From a virus (taxonomy: Duplodnaviria; Caudoviricetes): a stretch of 61,944 nt of DNA. The position numbers were made by a program, and so were the translations under genes. Under the pieces are notes generated by a model. It worked only from the letters and a program-made list of their open reading frames with translations. It had not been told where the DNA came from and did no database searches. The DNA lies in IMG/VR virus record IMGVR_UViG_3300020172_002942, positions 1 through 61,944 of that record; one strand, 5' to 3'. The number at the start of each line of letters is the position of its first letter. The stretch's first letter is position 1. Shown here one piece after another: positions 25,845 to 36,500 of this stretch.

Positions 25845-28800
25845 ATGCCAATAATAAATAACCCATTTAATGGTAAATTAAATCTGGATGTAGCAGATTA
25901 TAGAATTGACAACAATGACTATATTGATGCTTTAAACATAACCAAAGACGCAGAAGGTACAGGCCAAGATAGAGTAGTATCTAATATATTGGGTAATACC
26001 AATATATCATATAGTTTACCATCTGGAACAAATAAAGTTATTGGATTTTACGCTGACCAAATAAGAAATAGAGCTTATTATTTTGTATGGAATAGTAATG
26101 GTTATAGTAGTATTTTGTATTTGGATTTAAATACTAATAAAATTACTAAAGTTTTACAAAGCAAAACAGATAGCAGTGATGTTGATATCTTAACATTTAA
26201 TCCATCATATAAAGTATTGTCTGTTAATATATTTTATAGAGATGATGAAGGCGATATTTTATATTTTAATGATGGCCTTAACCCACCTAAAAGTATAAAT
26301 ATTCTTAATACTTACGGCACATCTTGGAAATTGGAGTATTTGTTAATCGCAAAAGCTCCTCCAGTAATGCCTCCAAAAGTTACATTTGAAAATGATACAG
26401 TTGTAACTGTAAATAATTTAAGGAATTCATTATATCAATTTTGTTATAGATTTGTTTACCAAAACAATGAAAAATCTGTATGGAGTTCAAGGAGTGTAGT
26501 ACCTTTGCCACAACAGCCTACATTATTTTTGACAAATCCTGATTTAAGTTTAAATGCTAGAATTTCAATATCTGTTTCTACTGGGGATAAAGATGTTAAA
26601 GCTATTGAATTAGCTTTTAGAGAAAATAATAATAATACGGTTTCTGATTTTTATTTAATTAAGCAATTAAATAAATCTGAAAATTCAATACCACATAATG
26701 ACATATATACTTACAAATTTTATAATGATAGTATTTATGGTCAAATAGATGTTATAGAAACAGCACAATTGCAAGATTGGGTTCCTCAAAAGGCAAATGC
26801 TGCTGAATTAGCAAATGGTAATACTTTATTATATTCTGGGATTACTGAAGGTTACGATAGGACAAGTATGAATTTATTGTCCTATACTCCAAATCCAGCA
26901 CTAAATATACCAGTTCCATATACATTTTTCCAAGATTTTTGTGGATTATTGTTCTTTGCTACCTGTAATGGTTTAGATAGTGGTTCGACTGGTAGAATAT
27001 TAAAAATATATTTATATGGTACGGGTACAAATACTAATGGTGAAGTTACTACGTTAAATAACGCTATAGGTCAATATGTTATCAATGTAGTAAATTCTAG
27101 TTATACTAATATAGGATTTACATATGAGAATTTAACAACGCCAAAAACTGTTTCTTCTATATTAACGGCTATTTCTGTTGGTTTAGTTGCAAATGGAAAT
27201 AATTGGAGTCAAGTATCACTAAATGGTAATGTGTTAACAATGTCAAACACAAATGATTTTACATTATATTCAAGTGGTTTAAAATATATTAGTAATGCTG
27301 TAAACCCAATTAATAATACTGTATATGCTAATTCTTGGGATTCTGGTTATCAGTATGGATTACAATATTTTGATGGTCAGGGAAGAACAATTGGAACACA
27401 AACAAATAAGTTAGCAACATTTACTACTAATAAATACAACGGAACTAGATTTACTCAAACATATTTGCAGATTAAAAATAGACCACCATTAGAAGCTAAA
27501 TATTTTCAAGTAGTAAGATCAAATAATACTACTTATAATAAAAGATTATTTTGGATATGTAATAATGCATTTAGAAGTCCATTATCTGTAAATTCAGTTA
27601 CTTCAACATATGATTTAGAATCATTTGCATATATAGATATATCAAATATTACTGAATATAATAAACAGTTTAGTTCATCTACGAGTGTTGTTTCTTATGC
27701 TTTTACTCCAGGAGATAGAATTACATTTTTACAGAGATATAATGAATTAGGTGTTGCTGTGCCTATTAATATTGTTGATTTTGAAATTTTAGGTACAGAA
27801 GGATTGGTAGAAACCACTGTTGGTCAAAGACAAGGCAATTTTATTAAAATTAAATATCCGCAGGCTGCTGTTGATGCAGATCCAACTAATTTTAATTTTA
27901 ACAATGAAGTTGGATTTAGGAATTATGAGATATTTTTGTATAATTATTCTACAAATTCTGATTCTACACAAAAGTTTTTTTATGAATTTGGTAAATGTTT
28001 TGGTATTGGTAATCCTGGCACCGAAAATAGATATCATATAGGATTAGAACAAACGCAATCTGCTACTGATTATGTAAATGTGCCAGCTATAATTAGTGGT
28101 ACAAATGGTGATTTATTTTGGAGGCAAAGAAATGTACTTTATCAAACATTATGGGATTATAATGCAGGAAATCAAAATGTAGCTATAACTGGTAATGTTC
28201 TTATTTTTAAGTCATTAATAATGAATCCAGATAATGTAAATAATTCTTTTGCATATGGTAATGCAAATTTTTTAATATCTGGGCAGGGAGATGTTGCAAT
28301 GTACCCATTAGATCCTACTTTATATCCTTCTTTTTCAGATAATGGATTTTTTTGGAATAAAACATCTGGTACTATTTTATTATCAATTGATTTTAGTGTA
28401 AGAGCAACATATGATAATGAAACAGCTAGCGTTATACCAAATTTCTTTATTGTTTATGTAGATTCAACAACAAAAACATTTAAAATACTTTCAACTGTAA
28501 GAACAGAAGGTACGGGGCAAGATACATTAGTTTGTTCTACAAAAATAACTATCCCACCTAATACAAAAGCATGGATTGGAGTAGATGGTGAAAGTGTTTA
28601 TTATTCTTCATTTAAAATGAAGATTAACATATTGCAAACACAACTTATTTCAGTTATTGAAAGTAGTTTTAATGATGCATACTATTTATCAATGAATAGT
28701 AATGGTAGAGAATCTGTTATTGATGTAAATGCTAGAAAAGTTTATTTCCCTACATTGATTAGATTTAGTCAATCTTATCAAGTTAGTACAAATATAAATG

Positions 28801-29630
28801 GTACAAATAGTTTTTATTTTGAAAACTTTGATGAATATGATAGAAGTTTTGGAGATGTAATGAGATTACATGTGAGAGATAGATATTTAAAAGTTTATCA
28901 AAAGTTTAAAGTGGGAAATGTTCCTATTTTAACACAAATTATTAAGGATAGTGCAAATAACCCATTACAAGCTAATACTGATAAATTAATTAACAAAATT
29001 CAATACTACGAGGGTAATTATGGCATTGGAGATGCTTCTACTAGTTTAGCATGGAATAACTTTGCTGATTATTTTGTAGATAATTATAGAGGAGTTGTAT
29101 GTAGATTAAGCCAAAATGGTATTGAACCAATAAGTATTGTATATCATACAAATGCATTTTTTGTAGCTAAATTGAAGGCTTATAGGCAACAATTAAATAA
29201 TGGAGCTGCAGCAGATGGTCAAATATATACAGGAAATTCTTGTATATATGGAGTATTTGATTCTTATACAAATAAGTATATAATTGCAATGGAAGAGATT
29301 AATAGATATTCTGATTGTACTTATAATGGAGGTATTGCAATAACTTATACGCCTACAACTACAACCACAACCACAACGGCTGCTCCAACAACCACAACCA
29401 CAACGGCTGCGGCTACAACGACTACAACTAGTACTACTACAACAACTACAACAACTAGTACAACTACAACCACAACCACAACGGCAGCCCCAACAACTAC
29501 AACCACAACGGCTGCACCTTCTGTTACGTATATATGTAACGGTAATCCTAATTGTGTACCTTATGATAGTTTAATAAACTGTCAAGATTCTGGTTGTCAA
29601 GATTGTATTCAAGGCAATTGCCCTCCATAA
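25845..29630 (+). CDS. Tail stabilization (muzzle) protein, N-terminal part, ending in a poly-Thr linker and Cys-rich tip
   Basis: F.G.LN.D......Y.DALNI, ND..N.PK.IN, QF.YRF.Y...E.S..S, YGI, YFVD..RG.V.RLS.NG; family pattern stops near 29310. Confidence 0.8.
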   Translation: MPIINNPFNGKLNLDVADYRIDNNDYIDALNITKDAEGTGQDRVVSNILGNTNISYSLPSGTNKVIGFYADQIRNRAYYFVWNSNGYSSILYLDLNTNKITKVLQSKTDSSDVDILTFNPSYKVLSVNIFYRDDEGDILYFNDGLNPPKSINILNTYGTSWKLEYLLIAKAPPVMPPKVTFENDTVVTVNNLRNSLYQFCYRFVYQNNEKSVWSSRSVVPLPQQPTLFLTNPDLSLNARISISVSTGDKDVKAIELAFRENNNNTVSDFYLIKQLNKSENSIPHNDIYTYKFYNDSIYGQIDVIETAQLQDWVPQKANAAELANGNTLLYSGITEGYDRTSMNLLSYTPNPALNIPVPYTFFQDFCGLLFFATCNGLDSGSTGRILKIYLYGTGTNTNGEVTTLNNAIGQYVINVVNSSYTNIGFTYENLTTPKTVSSILTAISVGLVANGNNWSQVSLNGNVLTMSNTNDFTLYSSGLKYISNAVNPINNTVYANSWDSGYQYGLQYFDGQGRTIGTQTNKLATFTTNKYNGTRFTQTYLQIKNRPPLEAKYFQVVRSNNTTYNKRLFWICNNAFRSPLSVNSVTSTYDLESFAYIDISNITEYNKQFSSSTSVVSYAFTPGDRITFLQRYNELGVAVPINIVDFEILGTEGLVETTVGQRQGNFIKIKYPQAAVDADPTNFNFNNEVGFRNYEIFLYNYSTNSDSTQKFFYEFGKCFGIGNPGTENRYHIGLEQTQSATDYVNVPAIISGTNGDLFWRQRNVLYQTLWDYNAGNQNVAITGNVLIFKSLIMNPDNVNNSFAYGNANFLISGQGDVAMYPLDPTLYPSFSDNGFFWNKTSGTILLSIDFSVRATYDNETASVIPNFFIVYVDSTTKTFKILSTVRTEGTGQDTLVCSTKITIPPNTKAWIGVDGESVYYSSFKMKINILQTQLISVIESSFNDAYYLSMNSNGRESVIDVNARKVYFPTLIRFSQSYQVSTNINGTNSFYFENFDEYDRSFGDVMRLHVRDRYLKVYQKFKVGNVPILTQIIKDSANNPLQANTDKLINKIQYYEGNYGIGDASTSLAWNNFADYFVDNYRGVVCRLSQNGIEPISIVYHTNAFFVAKLKAYRQQLNNGAAADGQIYTGNSCIYGVFDSYTNKYIIAMEEINRYSDCTYNGGIAITYTPTTTTTTTTAAPTTTTTTAAATTTTTSTTTTTTTTSTTTTTTTTAAPTTTTTTAAPSVTYICNGNPNCVPYDSLINCQDSGCQDCIQGNCPP

Positions 29631-29662
29631 TTATAAATAAAATATGTAAATAAAAATAAATC

Positions 29663-30232
29663 ATGTATATACTAGTTAAATTAAATTCAAATCAAGGAAC
29701 AGATTTAGGCCCTAATTTTACATTAGCTGCAAATGTTGGTACATTAGTGCCAGCAACTGCTACTTTAGCCGAATTATTGGTTGGCGTAACAGTTCTTGCT
29801 GATAATGCAGCTACTCAGGTATTTGTAACTTCTCAGGGGGTATGTACAAATACATTGACTATTGCTGTTTCCCCTGCTACAACTACAACTACATCAACAA
29901 CTACATCAACAACTACGACTACAAATACGAATTGTTTATTATCTGGTGGTACTGTGGTAGTATCTCCATATATTTTATATTCTAATAGATTTGTATTTAG
30001 TAATTCAGGGCCAACTGATATATGTATTTTACCAACTGTACCTGCTTATGGGTTACCATATTATATTTTTGATTCACCTCCGCAATTATTTCAAGATCCA
30101 TATGGAACAACACCGTTCCCATATTCAAAGGTTCTTGATGTAGTTTTCCCTAGCGGTGGTTCTAATAATGTATATGAATATAATAGTTCAACAGGGGCGG
30201 TAGGGGCTTATTTTGGGGCATGTTTAAGTTAA
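29663..30232 (+). CDS. Putative virion decoration protein with internal poly-Thr linker
   Basis: G.D.GP.F...S.G.C.N domain plus Thr tract. Confidence 0.6.
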   Translation: MYILVKLNSNQGTDLGPNFTLAANVGTLVPATATLAELLVGVTVLADNAATQVFVTSQGVCTNTLTIAVSPATTTTTSTTTSTTTTTNTNCLLSGGTVVVSPYILYSNRFVFSNSGPTDICILPTVPAYGLPYYIFDSPPQLFQDPYGTTPFPYSKVLDVVFPSGGSNNVYEYNSSTGAVGAYFGACLS

Positions 30233-30248
30233 ATTTAAAATAATAAAA

Positions 30249-30530
30249 ATGGCAATAGCGACAATAACATTAACAACAGCAGGTGCAGCAACTGGCCCAT
30301 TTGATTTATATTCAAATATAGATGGTTATACTACACCATTTGCTACGGGAGTAACAAGAGCTCAGATATTAGCAGGCTATTTAACTAATAATTTTCCAAG
30401 CTTACCCTCACTACCCACAATTGTTAGAGTAAAATCTACTGTTTATTGTGTTAATTATTTGGATATTAATGTTACACCTATGACTACAACCACAACAAGC
30501 ACAACGACTACAACAACAACAGCTCCTTAA
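30249..30530 (+). CDS. Putative virion decoration protein with C-terminal poly-Thr
   Basis: ITLT.AG..TGPF.LYS..D.Y...F..GV...RVKS...C.N domain. Confidence 0.62.
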   Translation: MAIATITLTTAGAATGPFDLYSNIDGYTTPFATGVTRAQILAGYLTNNFPSLPSLPTIVRVKSTVYCVNYLDINVTPMTTTTTSTTTTTTTAP

Positions 30531-30540
30531 ATTTAAATAA

Positions 30541-31089
30541 ATGGCAAATACCTTACAATTTCACCAAGACCCATATACTATCTCATTTGATGAGGTTGGT
30601 AATGCTTTTGAGTCGTTTTACTCGTATTTCCCTGAAATGATGGGTAATCTTACCAATAAGTTATTTACCTTCAAAAATGGGCAAATTTGGGCCCATACAA
30701 ACACTACTTATTGTAATTTTTATGGTACTCAATTTGAAGCATCTATAACCACAGTATTTAATCAAGTAAATATTAACAAAAAAACTTGGATTTCTATAGC
30801 TGAAACAGCAAATACAACATGGGAATGTCCGTTAATTTATACTCAAATGATGAGTTATGGCACCCAAAGACAAGAAAGTTCGCTTGTAGAATCTGATTTT
30901 TCAGTTTTGGAATCTACATATAATGCTTCATTTTTAAAGGATAGTTATAGCATAGGGGGGCTTTTGAATGGGGATTCTTTAAAGGGCGGATATATTGTAA
31001 TAAAATTAAAGAAATCTAATGCAAATTCTTTCGTATATTTGAACAACGTAGGAGTCAAATATATTGACTCTCCGTTGAATAACCGATGA
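30541..31089 (+). CDS. C-terminal part of the tail stabilization protein, encoded as a separate gene
   Basis: TISFDE..N.F.SFYSY.PE...FTFKNG..W.H...NFYG...SI..VFN...K.W...GD.LKG.Y pattern. Confidence 0.7.
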   Translation: MANTLQFHQDPYTISFDEVGNAFESFYSYFPEMMGNLTNKLFTFKNGQIWAHTNTTYCNFYGTQFEASITTVFNQVNINKKTWISIAETANTTWECPLIYTQMMSYGTQRQESSLVESDFSVLESTYNASFLKDSYSIGGLLNGDSLKGGYIVIKLKKSNANSFVYLNNVGVKYIDSPLNNR

Positions 31090-31511
31090 GTAAAATAAAA
31101 TATAAAACTATTTTATACGTTTTTCATGATGATGATGAAATAAATAAATATTGTGATCCAGATTTTGAAAAGAAAGAAAGAAAGAAATTAGTTCATAGTA
31201 TTTATAAAAAAATTGAAGAATATAATAAAGTGGGCTATTGCAAGTTTTATGATTTAGTTGTTGATAATGAATTAGTTGGATATGGTTTTAATTATAGGAA
31301 TCTTTTAGTTAGCTTTGGGGTTAATAAAAAATATAGAACGCCAGAAAAATTAACAAAGGTTTTTGAAATTATAAAAGATAGTTTTGAAGGTGATTTTGAA
31401 TCGTATATGTGGACTAGGAATTCTAGAGCTATTAATTGGTTAAAAAAATGTGGTATGACAGAAATAGAAAGTAAAATTAATAACGTAACTAAATTACAAT
31501 TTTTATGTTAG
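31086..31511 (+). CDS. GNAT-like acetyltransferase
   Basis: L.SFGV...YR...N.RAI.WL.K.G motif; internal promoter at 31034-31041. Confidence 0.6.
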   Translation: MSKIKYKTILYVFHDDDEINKYCDPDFEKKERKKLVHSIYKKIEEYNKVGYCKFYDLVVDNELVGYGFNYRNLLVSFGVNKKYRTPEKLTKVFEIIKDSFEGDFESYMWTRNSRAINWLKKCGMTEIESKINNVTKLQFLC

Positions 31512-32290
31512 GAGCAATATTAGGTATAGGCCAGGCACTTTACGGTGGATATCAAGCTTATAAATCAGGACAAGAAGCTGATGAGTATCAAAAAAAGATG
31601 GAAAAACTTGCTGCTAATAGTCCATTAGCAAAAAGAAATGCAGCCATTGATAATTATGCTCAAGAAGCAACAAATAGGTATAATGAAAATCCATACCAAT
31701 CCGCAGCTTATCAAATGGCAGCTAGAAATGCAAGAAGATATACTTCATCTGCACTAAATGCTGCAAATGATAGAAGATCAGCAATAGGTTTAATACCTAA
31801 ATTGGGCATTACCGAAAATAATGCATTAGGTAATGCTGGTGTTCAAGCAGAAAGTTACAAAGAAAGACAATTTGCAAATATGGGTAGAGCTGCACAAATG
31901 CAAGATGCTCAAAATAAATATTTATTTGATGTAAATGAAGCTACCCCATATAACCGTAGATTCGGATTAAGTCAAATGGCATCACAACGTAAAAATGAGC
32001 AAACCAATGCAGGTTTACAAATGATGGCTCAAGGAATAGGAAATGCAGCTGCAATGTATCAGGCCGACGAATCTAATAAATTATCAAAAGAAGGTTTGCA
32101 AGCACAAAAAGATTATTATAAAAGTTTAAATCCTACAACTAATACTAATTTTGGATTAAATTCTAATTATAACCCTCAATTAGGTTTGAGTGGTTATGGT
32201 AGAGCTGGAGTACAATCAAATGGTACTTATGTGCCATTTTTTGGGTGGAATCCAACAAATCCTATAACAGGTAAACCATACGGTTTCTAA
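31505..32290 (+). CDS. Internal virion / ejection protein
   Basis: Gly/Ala-rich hydrophobic N-terminus, helical Ala/Gln-rich body, position after the tail genes. Confidence 0.65.
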   Translation: MLGAILGIGQALYGGYQAYKSGQEADEYQKKMEKLAANSPLAKRNAAIDNYAQEATNRYNENPYQSAAYQMAARNARRYTSSALNAANDRRSAIGLIPKLGITENNALGNAGVQAESYKERQFANMGRAAQMQDAQNKYLFDVNEATPYNRRFGLSQMASQRKNEQTNAGLQMMAQGIGNAAAMYQADESNKLSKEGLQAQKDYYKSLNPTTNTNFGLNSNYNPQLGLSGYGRAGVQSNGTYVPFFGWNPTNPITGKPYGF

Positions 32291-32308
32291 ACCATAAATA
32301 ATATAAAA

Positions 32309-33592
32309 ATGGCAGCAACAGGTCTATTAAATTCTAATCCATATGGTAAAGCAGTAGCTTTAGACTTTTCTACTAAAGCCACTAATGCAGCTATTCAATT
32401 AATACAAAAGGAGCAAGCTAAAAAAGATGCTCTTGACAAAACTTTCAGAGAATATGAGAAATCTATAAATTCTGCTGGAATGAGAGAACAAGACCAAAAT
32501 GTATTTTTAGATCAAATGAATGATGCAAAATTATATTATTTGCAAAATCAAGAGAGAATAACAATGCCTTCTAAATATGGTGCTCAATACCAATCAGAAT
32601 ATTTAGGTAAGCTTAAAAATGCACAAGTTTTAATTAATGAGTCAAAACAAGAGGCAGCTAATACAAAAATAGATGCAGATCATTATTATCAAGCTATAGT
32701 TCAAGGACTTGATGTTCCTGATGGATATATGGAAGCTAGAAGAAGAGCTGATTTACCATTAGGTAATCCTGAACATCAAAAAATAGATCCTTTTAAATGG
32801 AATTTTACTAAAGGATTTAATGAAGATGATTTTGTAAAATCAATAACTAGAGGTTTGCAATCAGATGAAACAATTATAAGTCAAGTTCCCGATAATAAGG
32901 GTAAAATACTAACAACTATATCATATGATTATAGCGATCCTTCTAGACAAGCATTAGCTAGTAGAGCAGCAATGATGTATGGAACTGTTCCTGGTGTTAC
33001 TAATCAAATTAATAAATTAATAAAAAGCGGGGAATATTTAAATTTTAAAAAGCAATTCCAAGACTTATTCCCAGGAGATGATATTGAAAATGCTTTACCA
33101 CAACAAGTAGCAGCCGCAGTAGGATTAGGATTGACTGGACATGGTAAAATAGTAACTAAAAATCAACCTGATGATGTTTGGTTAAAAGCGGAAGCACTTA
33201 AAAATTCATTAAAAATTGCAGCAGCTGGCAGATCTAATATAGTTGTTAATACTGGAGGAGGAGCAACAGGAAGTAATCAACCTCATCCTGCTAGTATAAT
33301 TGATGCAGTAACTGTTATTAATACAAATTATGCTAAACCAACAAGTACTGCTAATGTGTATGATGCAACTAGTGATTTGGCGGGGTATAATACAACCAAG
33401 TTTGGTTCAGTATCAGTTAGGCCGCAAAAAATCTTATATAATAAAGCTACTAACAAATTTACATTGAAATATAATCCTAATGATGGCATAGATGATGAGA
33501 TACTTTCTCCTGATGCTTTTAAAGTTGTAATTGGTAATAATAATAAAGTAAGTTTAAATCAAAAATTTAACGGGAAAATAAAAACTAATTAG
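32309..33592 (+). CDS. Internal virion / ejection protein
   Basis: Position between ejection genes. Confidence 0.55.
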   Translation: MAATGLLNSNPYGKAVALDFSTKATNAAIQLIQKEQAKKDALDKTFREYEKSINSAGMREQDQNVFLDQMNDAKLYYLQNQERITMPSKYGAQYQSEYLGKLKNAQVLINESKQEAANTKIDADHYYQAIVQGLDVPDGYMEARRRADLPLGNPEHQKIDPFKWNFTKGFNEDDFVKSITRGLQSDETIISQVPDNKGKILTTISYDYSDPSRQALASRAAMMYGTVPGVTNQINKLIKSGEYLNFKKQFQDLFPGDDIENALPQQVAAAVGLGLTGHGKIVTKNQPDDVWLKAEALKNSLKIAAAGRSNIVVNTGGGATGSNQPHPASIIDAVTVINTNYAKPTSTANVYDATSDLAGYNTTKFGSVSVRPQKILYNKATNKFTLKYNPNDGIDDEILSPDAFKVVIGNNNKVSLNQKFNGKIKTN

Positions 33593-33594
33593 AA

Positions 33595-36500
33595 ATGGCA
33601 AATCAAGCAAGATATTCATTTGACGAATTACCTGATTATATTAAAAATGCACCTGCATTTAAAAATCCTGTTGTAGAAGTCCCTGTGGTTAAAGAAACAG
33701 TTATTGAACAACCAATAATCACAGAACCTGTGAAAGAAATAGCAAAATCAAATAATTCACTTTATGGGTTTTTAAAAGACCGTAATCTTACTGATTTAAA
33801 TGAAACTGATTTTCTAAAAGCTTATTCTACAAAAGAAGGAGCTAAAGAAATTCATGATTATATGTCTATGAGTAAAGATGATGATGGTAACAGATTGACT
33901 ACATTAAATTACAATGATTTTTATAATCAATTTTTAAACCCATATAACAATGGTTTAAAAAAAAAAGACTTCATTACTACTGGACTTGGTTCAGAGAATT
34001 TATCACAAGATTTAGGAAACATTGAAGATTTAGGAAGCATTGAAGATTTAGGTGACGGAGGCCCAGGTAAAAAGAAAAAGAAAACAACAGAAGTTAATTT
34101 AACTAGTAATGGGAAACCATTAACAGGTGAATTAAAAGCTAAGGTTTTAACTTATATGCGAAATAGCGGACAGAATGTGGTTGATGGCATGGACATTAAT
34201 CCTAAAGTTCTAGATAAAGCAAATTCCGCATATGTTTTTATGAATGGACGTGTATTTGGAAGAGAAGGATGGGGTAGTAATTCTGGGAAGAATATTTTTT
34301 CTGGTAATTCTGTTATTAATCCTGGAAAACAATTACGTACACCAGTTTCAATTACAAAAAATCCTGGAGAAGATGATGAAGCATTTGGTTTTAGAAAATA
34401 TTTTGCAGAAAAAGCTGCTTTAGATAAACAAACGCAAGAGGATCAGCAAATGCAGCAATCTCTTAGCGAGTTGAATAAAAAAAGTAGTAATCATGGTTTT
34501 GTTCAGTTAGACCAAAATGATCCATATTATCCTGGTTATATAAATTCTTTAACAGGTGGTCGTGAAGGTGCAACGGTAGTTGCAGGGGCAATAAATAAAG
34601 CAGATTTCCAAAATTATAAAGCTGGTGTAATAGCAGAAGAAACAAAAAAAGCTGCTATACAAAATACTCTCAATAGAAAAGCTTTTATTCCTAGTGGGCC
34701 AAATCATACTAGAGCTAGTGATTCAACAATGCTTGCTGATGGGATAAATAGTGGACAATATGTTGTTACACAAGATAATTCTGGTTATCCTATTCTTGGT
34801 TTGCCTGATTATGATTTATTTAATTCATACGACAATTCTTATAACCAATTATTTGAAAAAGAAGCAGATGAAAAATATTTAAAAACTTTATCTGATGAAG
34901 ATAAATATAAATATAAAGAAAATCAAGCGTATCAAAATTCTATAAGTACACACATGCCACAAGTTCCAAGTGGTTTTAAAGGTAATCTTGGGTCTTTTTT
35001 AGCGGGCTTTCAAAGAACAGTAGAAAAGCCTATAATTTATGGCATAGGAGCTGCGTCTGGCGCAGGACTAGTAGGTGAAGCTGCTGTAGGTGCTGCTGCT
35101 GTCCCAGAACTTGTTCAAAACGCAAGAAGTTTTGGTAATGCAGTAGGGTGGATGCAACAAACAGCAGATAATTCATTTGGGCCAACTTGGGATAGAACTT
35201 ATTATGGTCAATTAGCAAACATTCCAAATCCAACAGAAGCACAAAAATTAGCCGCATCTAAAATGGCTACAAATGCAGCTAATAATGCACAAATAGTTGG
35301 TATGGGGGAAGGATTTCTTCTTAGTGTCCCATTTGGTAAACTTACTCCAGGATTAGAAAATGCAGCAAAAAGTTATGATAAAGCTATTCAAACAGTTAGA
35401 AAAGCAGCTCCTAGAACTGAAAATAGTCTTCTTAATAAAGTTGCTGAAGTTGGAAAAAATGCAAAAACAACAATCCCACAAATGTATGGAGCATCATTTG
35501 CTGGAGAATTAGGTAAAGGTGAAATAGCTGCAGCATATGGTTCTGGAGAATCACAAGCTGATATATTTGGTGGTGCTCATGAGATGGGCGTAGAAAATGC
35601 AAAAACAGCTGGAATGTTTACTGGTTTGCATATTACTCAAGCTATTGTTCCACATGCACTTGGAGTATTAATGACTGGTAATAAAAATGTTCCTGCATCT
35701 ATTATTACTAATAGAGCATATGAAGTTGCATCACAATTACCAGCACAAAATCTTAAAGAAATTTTTGCTAAAGCAGAGCAAGATGGAATTATGAAACCTG
35801 GAGAAGGGGAGCAAATTCTTAATAATATAGAACAATATAGAAAAGCAAAATCTTTAGTTCCTAAAAATGTAACTAATCCAGAGGCGGCAATTTCAATGGC
35901 AGGGTTTATTCAGAAAATTGAAGGTTTAAAAGAAAAATTAAAAACTGCGCCAACAGAACAAATAAGAAAAGATCAAGAAGCAGAAATAGCAGAATATGAG
36001 AAAAAAATTAATGGTATATATTATGGAGATGACCCCCTTTTACATGAAACAGATAAGTTAAATAATCCACTTGTTCAAACAGCAGGATTATCTGGACAGG
36101 ATTTCAGAAATATGTTAAAAGGTGTTACTAATTTAGGTTCTAAAGCTTATGGTAAAGTTAAAGAATTTATAACTGGTAAAAGTGGAGAAGAAGCACCTCA
36201 ATCAAAAGAACAAGTTGTTGATAGGCTTTTAAAAGAATTTGACCCAAATTTTACTGACCCAAATTATGAACATCCAGAAAACGATAAAATTTTTATACAA
36301 AATATTAAAGATTATCCTATTGAAATAATGGATAGGATGATTGAAAGTTCTAAAAATAATAATAATATTGATAATGTTAAAAAATTTGAAAAATTAAAAG
36401 AAGATTTTCTTAATGCAGTTAAAGCTGAAGATCAAGCTCAAATACAAGGTGAAGGTCAACAAGGATTTAATCCAGCTCAACAAGATATTCAAAGACCTGA

